DNA from: Octopus sinensis | Taxonomy: Eukaryota | NCBI RefSeq assembly: GCF_006345805.1 | Contig: NC_043006.1 | Location: 95,108,001-95,172,000, forward strand | DNA length: 64,000 nt | Reading direction: 5' to 3' | In this document: positions 39,529-55,003 of the stretch, in pieces | Numbering within the stretch: position 1 is the stretch's first letter | How the letters are laid out: each line of letters opens with the position of its first letter | Notes under the pieces: model-generated | What the model saw: only the letters and a program-made list of their open reading frames with translations | Database searches by the model: none | Told to the model about the DNA's origin: nothing | Translations under genes and position numbers: made by a program

Positions 39529-40073
39529 CAGGGTTATTTAAGAAGACTGAAACGTGTTCATTACGCAATATTTTAATAAGGGAAAGCAATACAAAACTCC
39601 AGCTAAGTCACAAGTATTTATTCACTACCAACTTTTATTTGCTGTCTTACAAATGTTGAATGTGGCCACCACCTGCAGCACAGGCAACATCAATGCGATA
39701 AGAGAATTCCTCCCAGACGCGTATCAGCATATCACGAATTACTGAGTACTTCTTTGGCTGTCTAGTTGAATGCTTTATCGAAGTTTTTCCATTTCGCTCC
39801 TATGTCAATATCTTCTGGAATCGCCTGAAATAAAGCAAATTCTTTCTTTAGTCCCAAAATGAACTTGCTTTTGATATGCAGATACGCGTCTGGGAAGAAT
39901 TCTCTTATCGCATTGATGTTACCCATCCTGCAGGTTGTGGCCACATTGAACATTTCTCAGGAAATAACAATTGATTGTGAGTAAATACTTGTGATTTAGC
40001 TGGAGTTTTCTTTTGTTTTTCCTTATAAATATATTACGTAATGAAATCGGTCCATTCTTTTGGAATAACCCTG
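39529..40073. mobile_element. Tc1/mariner-derived MITE with about 200-bp TIRs and TA target duplication
   Basis: ta|cagggttatt ... aataaccctg|ta; 39529-39725 mirrors 39880-40073, and both arms encode a transposase-like C-terminus (RVWEEFSYRIDV..GHI). Confidence 0.88.
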
Positions 40074-40228
40074 TATACACACACACACACAGATGTATAT
40101 ATATATATATATATGTACAAAATTTATTATATATACAAAATGTATGTAAAAAAAAATTTTATCTTCTGACTTTTTAAAAAGATGCTAGGCCACTGGTTTT
40201 AATTAATTAATATCAATTTCTACCCTTA

Positions 40229-40272
<44 letters not shown>

Positions 40273-40274
40273 CA

Positions 40275-41092
<818 letters not shown>

Positions 41093-42340
41093 TTGTATAG
41101 TTTTTACTCTGTTACTTGTTTCAGTAATTTTACTGCATTCATGCTGGAGCACCTTCTTTAGTCGAACAAATCGTAAACGTGAAATACGAAAACAACATGA
41201 AATGCGCAAACAAGCTTTGGTATGCGAACAACGAGAGAAACAAATGGAAAACAAGACAAGTAACATAAAAAAACTACCCTTCTTCATTTGTAGGTTGTTC
41301 TTCTACTCCTCATTTCGAGCTTTTAACGACAATATACACACACGTGCGCGTGTGTGTGCATTTGTGTTGAGTTTGTGTTGTGTGGTTGTGTGTATTTATG
41401 TACACACATATATATATATATTTCTCTCTGTCTCTCTGTCTCTCCCTCTCTCTCCCTTTCCCTCGAATATTATATTATTGTATATTATCGCTCCTATTCA
41501 TATTCTTTTCCCTGTTTGCATTATTTCCTCTCTCGCCATTTTCTCTGAAAAAATAATTTTCCATATGACTTGGAGTTAATTATCCACTTTATTAATATCC
41601 ACACATACACACCACAGATATACACACGCCCATGGGCAAACACTTACACAAAGAAACACATGCTGTCATAAACACATATATTTATGAATATACACACGCG
41701 AAAATATGAAAACGGAAGGTTTGAAAAGTTTTAGCAACTCGCTCAGAAAGAGGTGACACGTCGATTCCACCCCCCAGACACACACACAACCAATAAGCGA
41801 CCAGAGTAATTTTCTGAATACTGTAAATATAAACAGAGGTGTAGAAAGCATCCGCATATACACATACACACATCCAATTATTCTAATAATTACATTTTAA
41901 TAGATGTTAGCACTACTTTGATGAGAATATAACAATAGAGCTGTGAATAAAAATGGAGGAAAAAGCACAAGAAATTCAGGCGAGGTTAGATAATGGAAAA
42001 TGTAATTATGTCATACAAATCTGAAAAGCGCTTCAAGATAGTGTAGAAATCCCCCAAAGAAAAATATTAGAATTGAAATAAGCGTAAAAAGCTATAGGAG
42101 GAGGAGGGAGGTGTTTGGTTGAGAATTGAGCTGAGCAGCACAGCTCTATCATACGTGTTAATAGACACTTCGACGAAAGGAGAGAAGTAATGATATAAGC
42201 GTATGCATGGGTATCTTGTTTGTGCATCTATCTATCTATCTATCTATCTATCTGTATATTTGTCTATCTGTCTCTGTATGTAAGTGTATATGTGCGCGTA
42301 GGTACATCTGTCTTTAAGCGTACACACCTATGTATGTATG

Positions 42341-42398
<58 letters not shown>

Positions 42399-42431
42399 AT
42401 ACATGTATGTATATATATATATTTGTATGTA

Positions 42432-42490
<59 letters not shown>

Positions 42491-42535
42491 GTATATATAT
42501 ATATATATACACGCATATGTATATATATACTTATT

Positions 42536-42566
<31 letters not shown>

Positions 42567-42940
42567 TCATGTTCTATATAGCCTTTTATTTTCTTTACAC
42601 GTCTTAGCCCAAAAGCTCATACAAGTGTACATGCGTAGCTGTAACACTATACTACAAAATATATCTACAGGTCTTAATAAATATTATAAGCAAATGATAG
42701 ATTTAAACATATTATTGGCATTTACATTATCTTCGTGAACAACCAGGCAAAACTTAAACTCATAATTTAACCTATTCATTAAGCTTCTTCGCTTGAAGTC
42801 CTTGATGTAACCGAAAAAAATAATTTTCGAATCAAAATTAATTCACAACCAATTTAGTTTGTATGATTTTTGTACCTGTTGGCTGTCATCTCCCTTCTAA
42901 TTTCAGCGTGTGAATTTACTTTCATTTTCTTAAAATAAGT

Positions 42941-43372
42941 GCGGCGTGGCTGTGTGCATAAGATAGCGTGGCTGTATGGTATAAACTTGCCCAACCAGAT
43001 GGTCCCGGGTTCAGTCCCACTGCGTGACACCTTGGGCAAATGTCTTCTACTATAGCCTCGGGCAGACCAATGCCTTGTGACTGGATTAGGTGGACGGAAA
43101 CGGAAAGAAGCCCGTTGTATATATGAGTGTATGTGTGTGTGTGTGTGTGTGTGTGAGTATGTATGTTTATGTGTCTGTTTTACTTTCCCCCAACATCGCT
43201 TGACTACCGATGTTGGTGTGTTTACGTCCCCGTAATATAGCGGTTCGGCAAAAGGGGCCAACAGAATAAGTACTAGGCTTATAAAGAATAAGTCCTGGGG
43301 TCGATTTGTTCGACTAAAGGTGGTGCTCCAGCATGGTTGCAGTCAAATGACTGAAACAAGTAAAGCAATAAA
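42941..43372 (+). mobile_element. SINE-B, full length
   Basis: gcgtggctgt..ggtcccgggttcagtcccactgcgtgacaccttgggcaaatgtcttc..ggtggtgctccagcatggttgcagtcaaatgactgaaacaagtaaa. Confidence 0.9.
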
Positions 43373-43389
43373 ACAATATAATTACTCTT

Positions 43390-43600
43390 TCTTTTATTTT
43401 TTTACTGGTTTCACTCATTGGAAAGCAGCCAACCCGGTGCACCGCCTCAAAGGGTTTACTCGAACATATCGATCACAGTACTTATTCTTTAAGTCTTTTA
43501 GTTATGCTTTCGGAATCTTTTGTCATGCCGCTAAATGACAGGGATGTAAACAAACAACTGGCTGGCAAGCGAGGCGAGAGGTAGGAACAATCACAAAAGC
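43390..43600 (-). mobile_element. SINE-B 3' half, tail-to-tail with previous copy
   Basis: tttactggtttcactcattgg..gtgcaccgcc..cttattctttaagtc..acagggatgtaaacaaac. Confidence 0.65.
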
Positions 43601-43666
43601 ACACACACGCAAATTTCAACCTCTCTATCTATCTGTCTATCTATCTGTCTGTCTACCAGTCTGTCC

Positions 43667-43746
<80 letters not shown>

Positions 43747-43859
43747 CTCCCTCTGTATGTATTTATCTGTCTATCAATCTGTCTCTCTGTCTATCTCTCT
43801 ATCCACCTATCTATCTGTTTGCCTGCCTGTCTATATATCTTTTTTTGCCTCTCTCTCTG

Positions 43860-43946
<87 letters not shown>

Positions 43947-44389
43947 AGATAGAGAGAGAAGGAGAGGGAGAGAGAAAGAGGGAAAGAGTGAGGGAGAGAT
44001 GCGGCGAGGCTTCTATATAGTTTCTAAGTTCCAATTTCAAAGGTGCTGTCCAATGGGACCGAAAACGAGGCCACGTGGTTATTAAGTGAGCTTATTAATC
44101 ACGCAACCATAACTGCGCCTTGTTTTCTAAGTTGTTTAATTAACTTTCTCTCTATTTATGTCTCATTTATCGAGTCTCATATCGTGATAGTGTCAAGATA
44201 TGGTGTCTCAGACTGTTGCTCTGAGTTTCAGGTTTAGCTATCTTCTCACTTAGAAACGTTGCCTGTTCAGTATAACATGGCGGCTGTACATATTTAATTT
44301 CTTATAACGAGTTGGTTCTGTTGTTATTTAAATGTAGGTTGATATAATAAAGTAGCAGTCAAATGGCAACGATTTACCAACTTCCCTCA

Positions 44390-44680
44390 AAAGTGCTGGC
44401 CTCGTGACAAAACGGGAAACAATTATTATCATCATGGCTTTTGTTGTGATAGACCATGAAGGTGCAGGGAGTGCTTTTCCCTGGCTATTGACGAAAGAGG
44501 TTATATGGTGGACACGGCAGAAAGAGCGGATAATGATCTCCTCCCTCTTCTGGCAAGCCCTCATCGACTTTTTCAGATTCCACTTGGAAAGAAAAGTGAG
44601 AGTGGACAAGAAAGTGGTGGTGCTGTATCCCGATATATTTGTTCAAAATTGAGTGAAGTTAACAGGATGGCTCCAGTAAA
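44390..44680 (+). mobile_element. Old Tx1-like ORF2 C-terminal fragment
   Basis: ORF 44404..44652 ..KEVIWWTRQK..QALIDFFRFHLERKVRVDK aligns with KECIWWTRLK..QSLINFFKYHLKRKVRVER of 25497..26156. Confidence 0.7.
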
Positions 44681-44978
44681 TGAGCTGAGTCTAAGCATGC
44701 GCCATTTGGTTGCTATTTATGAAGGAGAGAGGAGCACTTGGCATGTTGCACCTGGTAAATGGCTTGAATCAACCTCCGCAGGAGAATTTAGTCACCTGCA
44801 TGTGGCGCTCCGTCCTTTTCGAGAATTTCGTTGTTTATAATTTTATCGTTGTTATTGATTTTTAAAATATTTTTCCATATGTCTTTCTGTAGAATCCCTT
44901 TTCCCCTAGTTTTGTATAGTCCATTTATTTTGTGTGCGGACCCTGAGGTCAATAATAGAATTATTGTTCATTTTTTTT

Positions 44979-45220
44979 ACATTATTCACATTATTTACAT
45001 TTGACCGACATTTGTCCTCGTCCTGTTTGTTGTTAGCACAACGTTTCGGCTTCATCAGGTGTCTTGAGGAAATTTCGAAAAATACCTTAGGAATGAGAAC
45101 CCAGTTTCGAAATTTCCCCAAGATACTCGATGAAGGCGGGAGGATATATGAGCCGAAACGAGTTAACACCAAACAAGATGAGGACAAATATCCGTCAAAT
45201 GTAAATAATGTAAAAAATGA
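44979..45220. mobile_element. Inverted pair of hammerhead-bearing PLE-type terminal units (family HH3), decayed
   Basis: 44979-45081 mirrors 45105-45220. Minus copy: CAC-CUGAUGA-AGCC-GAAA-CGU-U-GUG (helix II deleted). Plus copy: cucgauga aggcgggaggauauaugagcc GAAA cgag (mutated). Confidence 0.75.
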
Positions 45221-45221
45221 A

Positions 45222-45298
45222 TGGCGGTGCCCCAGCATGGCCACAGCATGGCCACAGCTCGCGAGCTGAAATTAGATAAAATAAAAAATTAAAAAAAT
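45222..45298 (+). mobile_element. CR1-type 3' tail fragment
   Basis: ggcggtgccccagcatggccacagcatggccacagctcgcgagctgaaattagataaaataaaaaa, resembling the SINE-B and CR1 tails in this window. Confidence 0.55.
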
Positions 45299-45439
45299 GA
45301 AAAAGGTACATAATTCCTCATCAGAATTATTGTTATTGTCGGTGTTGTTGTTTTCCTTATTGTTGTTTTAGTGGTAGTGACAGTTGTTGTTGTTGTGGTG
45401 GTGTTGGTGGTAGTGGTGATGATAATATTAGCAGCAGAA

Positions 45440-45630
45440 CAAAAAGTGGCAACCTTGCAGAATCGTTAGTCTGCCGGACAAAATGTTTGGCGGTATTTAG
45501 TTCGTCATTACGTTCTGAATTCAAATTCGAACGAGTTCGATTTTACATTCCATTCTTTCAGGGTGGATATCTAATCGACTTTTTCCCAAACCGATAATTG
45601 CAGGCCTTGTGCCAAAATTTGAAATCAATA
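45440..45630 (+). mobile_element. SINE-A, diverged
   Basis: ttgcagaatcgttagtctgccggac..ttacgttctgaattcaaattcg..gcaggccttgtgccaaaatttgaaatc. Confidence 0.7.
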
Positions 45631-46657
45631 TTAGTCGAAAAATTAGCAGTAGCAGCATTTGTAGAATTGGCAGTAAAAGCGGACGGTAGAAGCAGCAAGA
45701 ATAAAAGGAGTTACAGCAGCGGCAAGGAATGGCGTGTTTTAGTGGAAAGACACAATAAAGGAAAAGAACAAAACAAAACAAAAACAAAAAAAAAGATTAG
45801 AAAAAATAACAATAGATAAAATCCAACAATAAAATAAAAAAAAACATGGTGGGGGTAATTGCCAAAATGCACAATTGAAGATTTAGTAGGAAAGACTTTC
45901 TTGAGAATTTTTGATATTGGTTTGTTTATTTCAAGAATTTCATTTAATGCAGAATGGTTGCTTGTGAAATTGTACACTCGACGGTATTCGGCACTTCTTT
46001 GGAAGGCGGCAATAGTTTACTATAAATTGGTCATTAAAAGGCACATACAACTGTATGTGTGTGTAAGTGTATATATATATATTTGGATATGTATATATAT
46101 ATATATATATATATCTGTGTGTGTGTGTGTGTGTGCATATATGCATATATATATATATCTATATATGTATGTTTGCGCATGTAATAATATGTGTGCATGC
46201 ATATATATATTATATATATGTATATATCAAAATATATATATATAAATATATATGTGTGTATATATACATGTATATGTCTGTGTGGGTATACTGGTGTATA
46301 TATAGGTGTATATGTATATATATATATATATACATGTATGTGTGTATATGTTAATATATATATATAAATATATATGTATATATATATATATATATATATA
46401 CATATATATACATATACGTATATGTGTATACATGTGTGTGCGTGCGTATATGTGTGTGTGTGTCTGTGTGAGTGTGTGAATATGTGTGTAGTGTGTAGTG
46501 TGTAGGGCGATGTGTCTATGCGTGCCAACTTTCGTAGAACAATGAGAATATAGGATATAGGAATGGTTTTAAATTAACAAGTTAATTTCTGTGGAAACAG
46601 CGCAGAACATTCAGAAGTCTTTGCTTACCTATCGCGTGCCAATATATATATATACAT

Positions 46658-46696
<39 letters not shown>

Positions 46697-46736
46697 CATA
46701 TATATATATATATAATATATATATATATATATACAT

Positions 46737-46795
<59 letters not shown>

Positions 46796-47436
46796 CATAT
46801 ATACATATGTATGTATACATATATATATACATGCATATATATATATATATATGGATGTATATATATACATATATATATCGCGCGCACTCACACATACATG
46901 TATATTTATGTATGTGAACATCTGTGTGTGTGTATAGTTGCATATGCTTAAATAAGTGCACACATATAAGCGCAAGAACGCAGACATACATATGCTGATA
47001 AAGTAAGCACCTTTCCGAAGTACATATACGCACACATACAACTATGCGCATCCGCATAGCTGTGTGCAGTTGCAGACGCATATACACTAACGCTCATTTG
47101 TGTAACAGAAATTTCGATGTATTTAACCATTCATTGGCTTTGCTCTTACTATTCACACCTATCGATATTTAACTGTTTTTTTCTGGTAGCTCTTAATTAG
47201 TAAACTACATTTTAACTGGTGCTTCGTCTGAGAGATGCATGCACATCTCTCCGTCCATCCAGCTATTCATCCACGTCACACTCACACACACACACACACA
47301 CACACACACTGTCAGCCTGACTCTCGATTTCTAACTCTCTATCTACCTACTTCGCTCTCTCTCACTCATTCGAAATATATCTGTGTGTGTATGTCTGTAT
47401 GTGTATGCATGTATTAGTGTATATATATATATACAT

Positions 47437-47515
<79 letters not shown>

Positions 47516-47516
47516 G

Positions 47517-47565
<49 letters not shown>

Positions 47566-47589
47566 GTATATATCCATATATATATATAA

Positions 47590-47642
<53 letters not shown>

Positions 47643-47733
47643 ATATATAAATTGATAGATAGATAGACACATACATACATACATACATGCATGCACGTGT
47701 ATTGCCATGACTGCATCTATATATGTATATTTG

Positions 47734-47771
<38 letters not shown>

Positions 47772-47785
47772 TAAGTTATTCTAAG

Positions 47786-47833
<48 letters not shown>

Positions 47834-47860
47834 ATGTGCGTGTGAGTGGGTGCATACGTA

Positions 47861-47920
<60 letters not shown>

Positions 47921-48346
47921 CACCTATGCTAACACTTAGATGTAAGCCTACCTTGGAAATCAATCGCTCTGTAGTTTGTGAAAAATAGACCCCGAAAAAC
48001 TATTAATAAATAAGATCATTATCTGTAAAAAATAGTAAGTTAATGCTGTAATTAAGTTGATATATGGTTATACTAACCCATCATATGCGTCCTGTTAGTT
48101 TGTGATGTTGTTTTTATGTATTACTATGTTATATGCTAAACAGCCGTGCTGTACTAAGTACGCAACAAGTAATGAACAGCCGTTTATTGTGTTTGGAAGA
48201 TATTACAGAACTAGGAAGGTTAAAAGAACAAATGTTTCTTAAATCACAAAGAACATTCTATTTCGTTCATTTTAGATTATTCTTACCATCAAATTACATC
48301 AGTTCTGTATAATCAATTTACCTACCTATCGTTCTGTCATTCTATC

Positions 48347-48423
<77 letters not shown>

Positions 48424-48426
48424 GTT

Positions 48427-48458
<32 letters not shown>

Positions 48459-48463
48459 AATCA

Positions 48464-48515
<52 letters not shown>

Positions 48516-48761
48516 GTTTGTCTGTCTGTCTGTCTATCTATCCATCTGTCGATTTTCATTTCGATGTAATCAATGAGTCTACCTTACTTTTTCTCTAAGG
48601 ATGGTGGTACATCAGGTATCTGCATCTCTCTCTGTATCTCTCCCTTCCCCCTCCCCCCTTCCCACTTCCATCTCTCTGTATATACACACACAGACGCACA
48701 CACATACGGAAATGCATATACACTGATGGGCGGAAATATACATGTATGTATTTAGTATATA

Positions 48762-48802
<41 letters not shown>

Positions 48803-48877
48803 GCATAGGTGTGTGAGTATGGTGTGTATGTATATGTATGTATGTATAGATACACGCATGCATGCATTCATGCATAC

Positions 48878-48934
<57 letters not shown>

Positions 48935-49061
48935 TCCATACATACTTACATACGCAAAATCTTTGCTTGCATTCATTCATTTATGTAGCCAAACATACAT
49001 ATGCACAGACATATTCATATTGAATCACACGATTACATGCATAAGTTTATATATATATTAT

Positions 49062-49118
<57 letters not shown>

Positions 49119-49645
49119 AAAGCGACGCAACACATATTTAGATATACACACACATACATATATGCGTATATATATATATGCGTATATATATATATATATG
49201 AGGTATATGCATATATATATACATATGACTTCATACGTACATAATATATACGGACGTACATAGATGCATGGTTCCGTACTATCAAAGTGAATAACAATGT
49301 TAAATAGCAATAACGAGAACATTATAAAGAATTAAGGGAGAAATGGATTGAGAGTGGGAGAAAAAAAAAAGGAAAAAGAAACGCTACACGCGATATTGCC
49401 GGATGAAACTCAATAACTGCAGACGATAACAAGTACAGCATGTGTAATAAATGTCGGCCTAGATATATTGAGATCGTAACAAGACACAAAGATTAAATAT
49501 CATCAAATGTTCATTCCTTGCAAATTACATTATTTCATCATCACGTTTTAGTTTTAGTTTGTAATATAGAAGAGTTTTGCTTGTATTAACTCTCCGAACA
49601 ATGCTCTATCAGCTCTCTCCCCAAATACCCGGCTTGCTGAATGTT

Positions 49646-49683
<38 letters not shown>

Positions 49684-49787
49684 TTTATATGCACACACAC
49701 ACATACACACAAATATTTGCACTCATATACGTCACATATATAGAGATATGTATGCACCCACTCACACGCACATACATACACACACAC

Positions 49788-49820
<33 letters not shown>

Positions 49821-49838
49821 TTATATATATATATTTAT

Positions 49839-49916
<78 letters not shown>

Positions 49917-50029
49917 TTTATACAAAAACATATTTTCATACACGCACACACATACACACACACGCATATAGATATATATATATAATATAAATATACGCAG
50001 TGAATGAGGCATATACGTGTTTATATATA

Positions 50030-51235
50030 CAACTTCACCGGATCCTACCTTCACCAAACTAGAACTCATACTCTCCTGCTTGTTGTGGAAGGGAAGCGTT
50101 CCGATGGTTTGGTGATCTATTTGCTGTCACCATGCGCTAAATGGACGGCTGAGCATGCCGTAGCTGAGGATGCGCAGACTTGCTCTGAGACTGTGACATT
50201 TCCAGCGCTTCATAGGCGACAGTGAACAGGTGTGGTCGTCGTTTGTGAGGCGCGCTTTCCCACAGCTCGACTCCTTGGCCGAACTACAGTCATAGATCAA
50301 AATGAGCCCGAGACTAGGCGAATGGCACTCCGAGTTCTGCCTTGCTCTGAAGCAACTCTGCCGTCTTGTGCGACATCAATTCCACGCAGGCGTTCTGTAG
50401 AGAATTAATGGAGAGGAGGTGCAACGACGTTCTCTGGCAGAAACCGGGCATCAACGAGAAACACCTAACCCGCTTGTACAGGAAAACTTTCGGGCTGGGA
50501 CCTATGGACAATCACCAAAGGTCCCTGGCCCGGCAGTGCTATCGGAAAGCATTGCCCGTTCGGGATAAGTTCTACAGGCACGGTTCGAGATACACCAGAC
50601 TGACTTGCCCGAGATGTGGTCAGAGTGACGAAACTGTTCTGCACGCACTCCTGCAGCGTCCAACCATTTGGACCTGTGGGCTTATGCCGAACGGCTGCTG
50701 TCACGTGTGAGACGAAGTCGGTTGTCGGTCGAGTGTATCGTGAAAAATGCTCCGCCATCTTCCCTTAACTGGGAAGGCAAGGCAGTTTTCATCGGACTGG
50801 TGTCCATGATGGATTCGAGCGAAAGATTTAGAGACAAATACTTTCCTCTCTGGCCAATCGCTCATCAACTTTTTAAGGTACCACTTGAAAAGGAAGGTGA
50901 GAATAAAGAGGCAAGTTTTGTCTCATGAAAGTTTCAATATATGGTGGGTTAATGTAGCAAAGATGGTATGCGCGAATGACGAAACCACTTTGAGCATGAG
51001 CCTGTAAATCAAAAGAGAGAGAGAGTGAGAGAAAGCACTTTGCTCTCATGTGTTTTTTGCCTCGCTGCCTGAGGTTACCGTGGTCTTTTTCGTTAGCTTT
51101 ACTTTCCACGGATAAACCTAATTTGTTTTTTACATTTTTACTCTGTTCTCTGATACACGACCGCTTTTGAACGGAATTTTCCCTTTTTTTTCTACTTTCT
51201 TGTATTTTATGCCCTCTGTGTTCGGCTAATAAAGA
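50030..51235 (+). mobile_element. 5'-truncated Tx1-like LINE ending at a (TATC)n array
   Basis: ORF 50366..50710 QRSLARQCYRKALPVRDKFYRHGSRYTRLTCPRCGQSDETVLHALLQ. The 3' UTR shares ggttaccgtggtctttttcgt..ccacggataaacct with 25065-26196 and ends gctaataaaga|tatctatc. Confidence 0.88.
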
Positions 51236-51329
<94 letters not shown>

Positions 51330-51594
51330 ACTATCTATCTATCTACCAACCTACTTTTTGTCTGTCTACGTATCTATCTATCTATATATCTATTTTTCTG
51401 TGTGTCTATCTGTTTATCTATCTATCTACCTATCTATCTATATGTCTATCTATCTATCAATCTATATGTCTATGTATGTATGTATGTATTTATGTATGCA
51501 TGTATGTATGTATGTATCTATCTATCTGTCTGTCTATCTGTCAGCCTATCTGTTTATTTATCTACCTACCTACTTTCTATCTATCTGTCTATTC

Positions 51595-51637
<43 letters not shown>

Positions 51638-51646
51638 ATCTATCTA

Positions 51647-51687
<41 letters not shown>

Positions 51688-51705
51688 ATCTATCTATCTT
51701 CCTAT
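51236..51705. repeat. (TATC)n and degenerate derivatives
   Basis: Direct reading. Confidence 0.95.
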
Positions 51706-53799
51706 CTATCCACTTATCCCTCTCTCGTTAGAGTGTGCAAGACTATGCACCTATACAGTTGAACAGAGATCAATCAATATATATGAATGTATGTGAATTT
51801 TGAGGTGTGTAACGATGTATATATATATATCTATATACACGTATATATGAGCGTATGTGGAAGTATAAATACATGTATGTATACATATATACGTCTGTAT
51901 GTACATATATACATATGTACACATATGTGTACAATTGCCTCTGTGTGTATGTGAGTGTGTGTGCTTTCGGGCGTGTGTGCGTGTGTGTATGTGTGAATGC
52001 TTGTGTGTGCGTGTGGGTGTGTGTGTGTATGTTTGCCTATGTGTTGTGTTTATGCTGATACGGGTTCTTTTTCTTTGAACGAGAATAGTTTTCCTGATAA
52101 CAAATGGCTTTAAACCATCAGACCCCATGCCATCCACTTTCAGGCAGGCAATATATTCGCTAAAATAGAAATACGAATGTCAGACTAAGACAAGCCCCTA
52201 AGAATCTACAGCATTGGCGATTAGAAATCCGCCTTCTACGCAACCCATCTTTCTGTTTCCCTTATTTTTGCTCTGTCTGTCTGTCTGTCTTTCTGTCTGT
52301 CTGTCTGTCTCTCTCTCTTCCTGTTTCTTCTGTTATAAGGTCTGCCACACCTGAATTCATGTTACGTAACCCATCAAAAGCTTTTACCAAATTGATAGCT
52401 AAAGTCTATCGACTGAGTTTTAAGGAAAATTCTCTCGTAACAAACATACACGACTGGTGAAAGCCCCCACTTCATACAGTTTCCAAAGTGATTTTTAGTG
52501 GAGAAAAATAACGCGTGATCTCAAGCCTGATAAATACTATCGATCTTAATGAATTCCGATCAAAATCAAGAAGAAATTGTGTTATGGAAGTAACCTGTCC
52601 GCCGAGTTGCCTGCTTCATGTGTGATTCTAAACCAATGGAGGATCGATTTTGTTTTTCTTCACCTAAGAAGTGCTTTAGGTCTAATCCAATACAATAACG
52701 TTCTGTGTGAACCAGTATGGAAGCGTCCTATTTCATAATTTACCCTCATCAGCAAATTAACCGCATGGATAGACTACTGCAAAGTTATTTACAACACATT
52801 CAGATAATCTGTAAAATTTGATTTCCTACCGAGCATATCATAGGACACTAAATCTTTTTATTATAATTATCCTCTTCAAGGCCTGAAATGGCTGACTTCA
52901 TGTAGATGAAGGTCGTATATATCACAGTATCGTACATACTTTTGGTAGCTTTGCACATTGTGCATTACGCCAAGTTCGAATCTAAGTCAGCTATTAAATT
53001 CAAAAGGGTCTGGAATTTGATATTATTGGGATGTCCTCGAGAACACATTTTAATCTTGACTCTGATCCACCAAACAGGAGTGTATCCTTTGTTCAAGTTT
53101 TGCACTCTATTGTTTGTCTTTTATAATTTACTGGTTTCCGTCGTTGGATCGCTGCATCCCTGGCCCCTCCTTGGGGGTATTTATTCAGGCAAATCTACCC
53201 AATTACTCATTTAAATTTGTTTTTTAAGGGGCATTGGTTTTCCGTCTCTTTTCCCCCCACCGCTCTGTCACGTGGACATAAGCAAAACGACGGTGGGTTT
53301 CAATTGGTGGAAATTTACAGAAAATAACAAAGACCAGATACATAGGCATATGTGTGTGTGTGTTTGTGTGCGCGTTTGTTCGTGCCTCTGTGTGTGTATG
53401 TGTGTGCGTGCGTGATCGTGCGTGTGTTCGTGCCTATGTGTGTGTATGTATGTTCATGCTGCTATGTGTGTGTATGTCTGTGTGTGTGTGTGCGTGTGTT
53501 CGAGCCTCTGTGTATGTGTGTGCGTGCATGTTCATGCCTGTGTGTGCGCTTGTGCGTTCGTGCCTGTGTGTGTGTTCATGCCTCAATGTGTGTGCATGTG
53601 TATATGTGTGTGTGTTCGTGCCTCAGTGTGTGTGTGTGTGTGTGTGTGTGAATGTCTATACATGATAAATTGTGCGTGTGTTTAAGGTGTGGGTGTATGG
53701 AAATTTTCGTAATGGGGCATCGGTCGGCCTGGGGTTATAATGGAAGACACTTGGCCAAGGTCCCACGCAGTGGGACTATGTGACCACAAGTTTCTTTCC

Positions 53800-54140
53800 C
53801 AACTAAATGGTCCCAGGTTCAGTCCCACTGCGTGGCACCTTGGGCAAGTGTCTTCTACTATAGCTTCGAGCCGATCAAAGCCTTGTGAGAGAATTTGGTA
53901 GACGGAAACTGAAAGAAGCCCGTCGTATATAGATAGATAGATATGTTTGTGTGTCTGTGTTTGACCCCCACCATCGCTTGGTGTGTTTACGTTCTCGTAA
54001 ATTAGCGGTTTGGCAAAAACACGCCAATAGTACTAAGCTTACAAACAAAATGTTCTGTGGTGCATTTGTTCAACCAGAGGCAGTACTCCAGCATGATCGC
54101 AATGAAATCACTGAAACAAATGAAAGAATAAAAGAATAAA
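53800..54140 (+). mobile_element. SINE-B
   Basis: ggtcccaggttcagtcccactgcgtggcaccttgggcaagtgtcttctactatag..cactgaaacaaatgaaagaataaaagaa. Confidence 0.85.
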
Positions 54141-54399
54141 TGTGTGAAGAACGTAGAAGCATTAAGCTTAAACAGTTAATCTGTCAGGATTATAGAATGA
54201 ATAGACGATAGGGACGTATGCGTTGAAGAATAGAGATTGGAAGCAATAATTCCATCTGGAAAATAAAGATTACTAAATCTTAATATTGCATCTTGGAAAT
54301 CGTCTTCAGTCTATGTAGAAGCCGCTTAGGATTCTGGTCATACTTTCAGATAACAAGGTAGCGTCGGAAGAATGCATCGACGTTATATATAAATGTCTC

Positions 54400-54560
54400 T
54401 AATTCTGGCACAAAGCAAGCCGTTTTGAGGGGAGGGACAAGTCGACTACATCGCCGCCGATAATTGAATAGTGTTTTATTTTAATCGACCTTGGAATGAC
54501 GAAAGCCAAAGTCGACCTCGGTGACATTGAAACTCGAAATGTAATTCCGAAAGAAATGCT
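54400..54560 (-). mobile_element. SINE-A, diverged
   Basis: ctggcacaaagcaagcc..caagtcgactacatcg..gccaaagtcgacctcggtgacattgaaactc. Confidence 0.65.
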
Positions 54561-54714
54561 GATAAGGTTGTTGTTGGAAGTGTTAAAGATTCCGCCACCT
54601 CATGACCGTTTTCTTATATACGTTAAATATGATACAGCAGCAGAAGAGTTACCAAAGAGTGTGGAGGCACTGGATAGATTTGCAGACAGGCTGGAGAAAG
54701 ATAAGCCTAGGTTT

Positions 54715-54914
54715 ACAGAAGTGGCTGTGTGGTAAGAAGTTTGCTTCTTATCACATGGTACTCGGTTCAGTCCCACTGCGTGGCACCTTCGGCAAATGCC
54801 AAAGCCTTGTGAGCGGATTCGTTAACGGAAAAACCATTGTGTATGTGCATATATATATATTTATATGTGTGTGTGTATGTATGTATGTATATGCCACACA
54901 CACATATACATACT

Positions 54915-55003
<89 letters not shown>

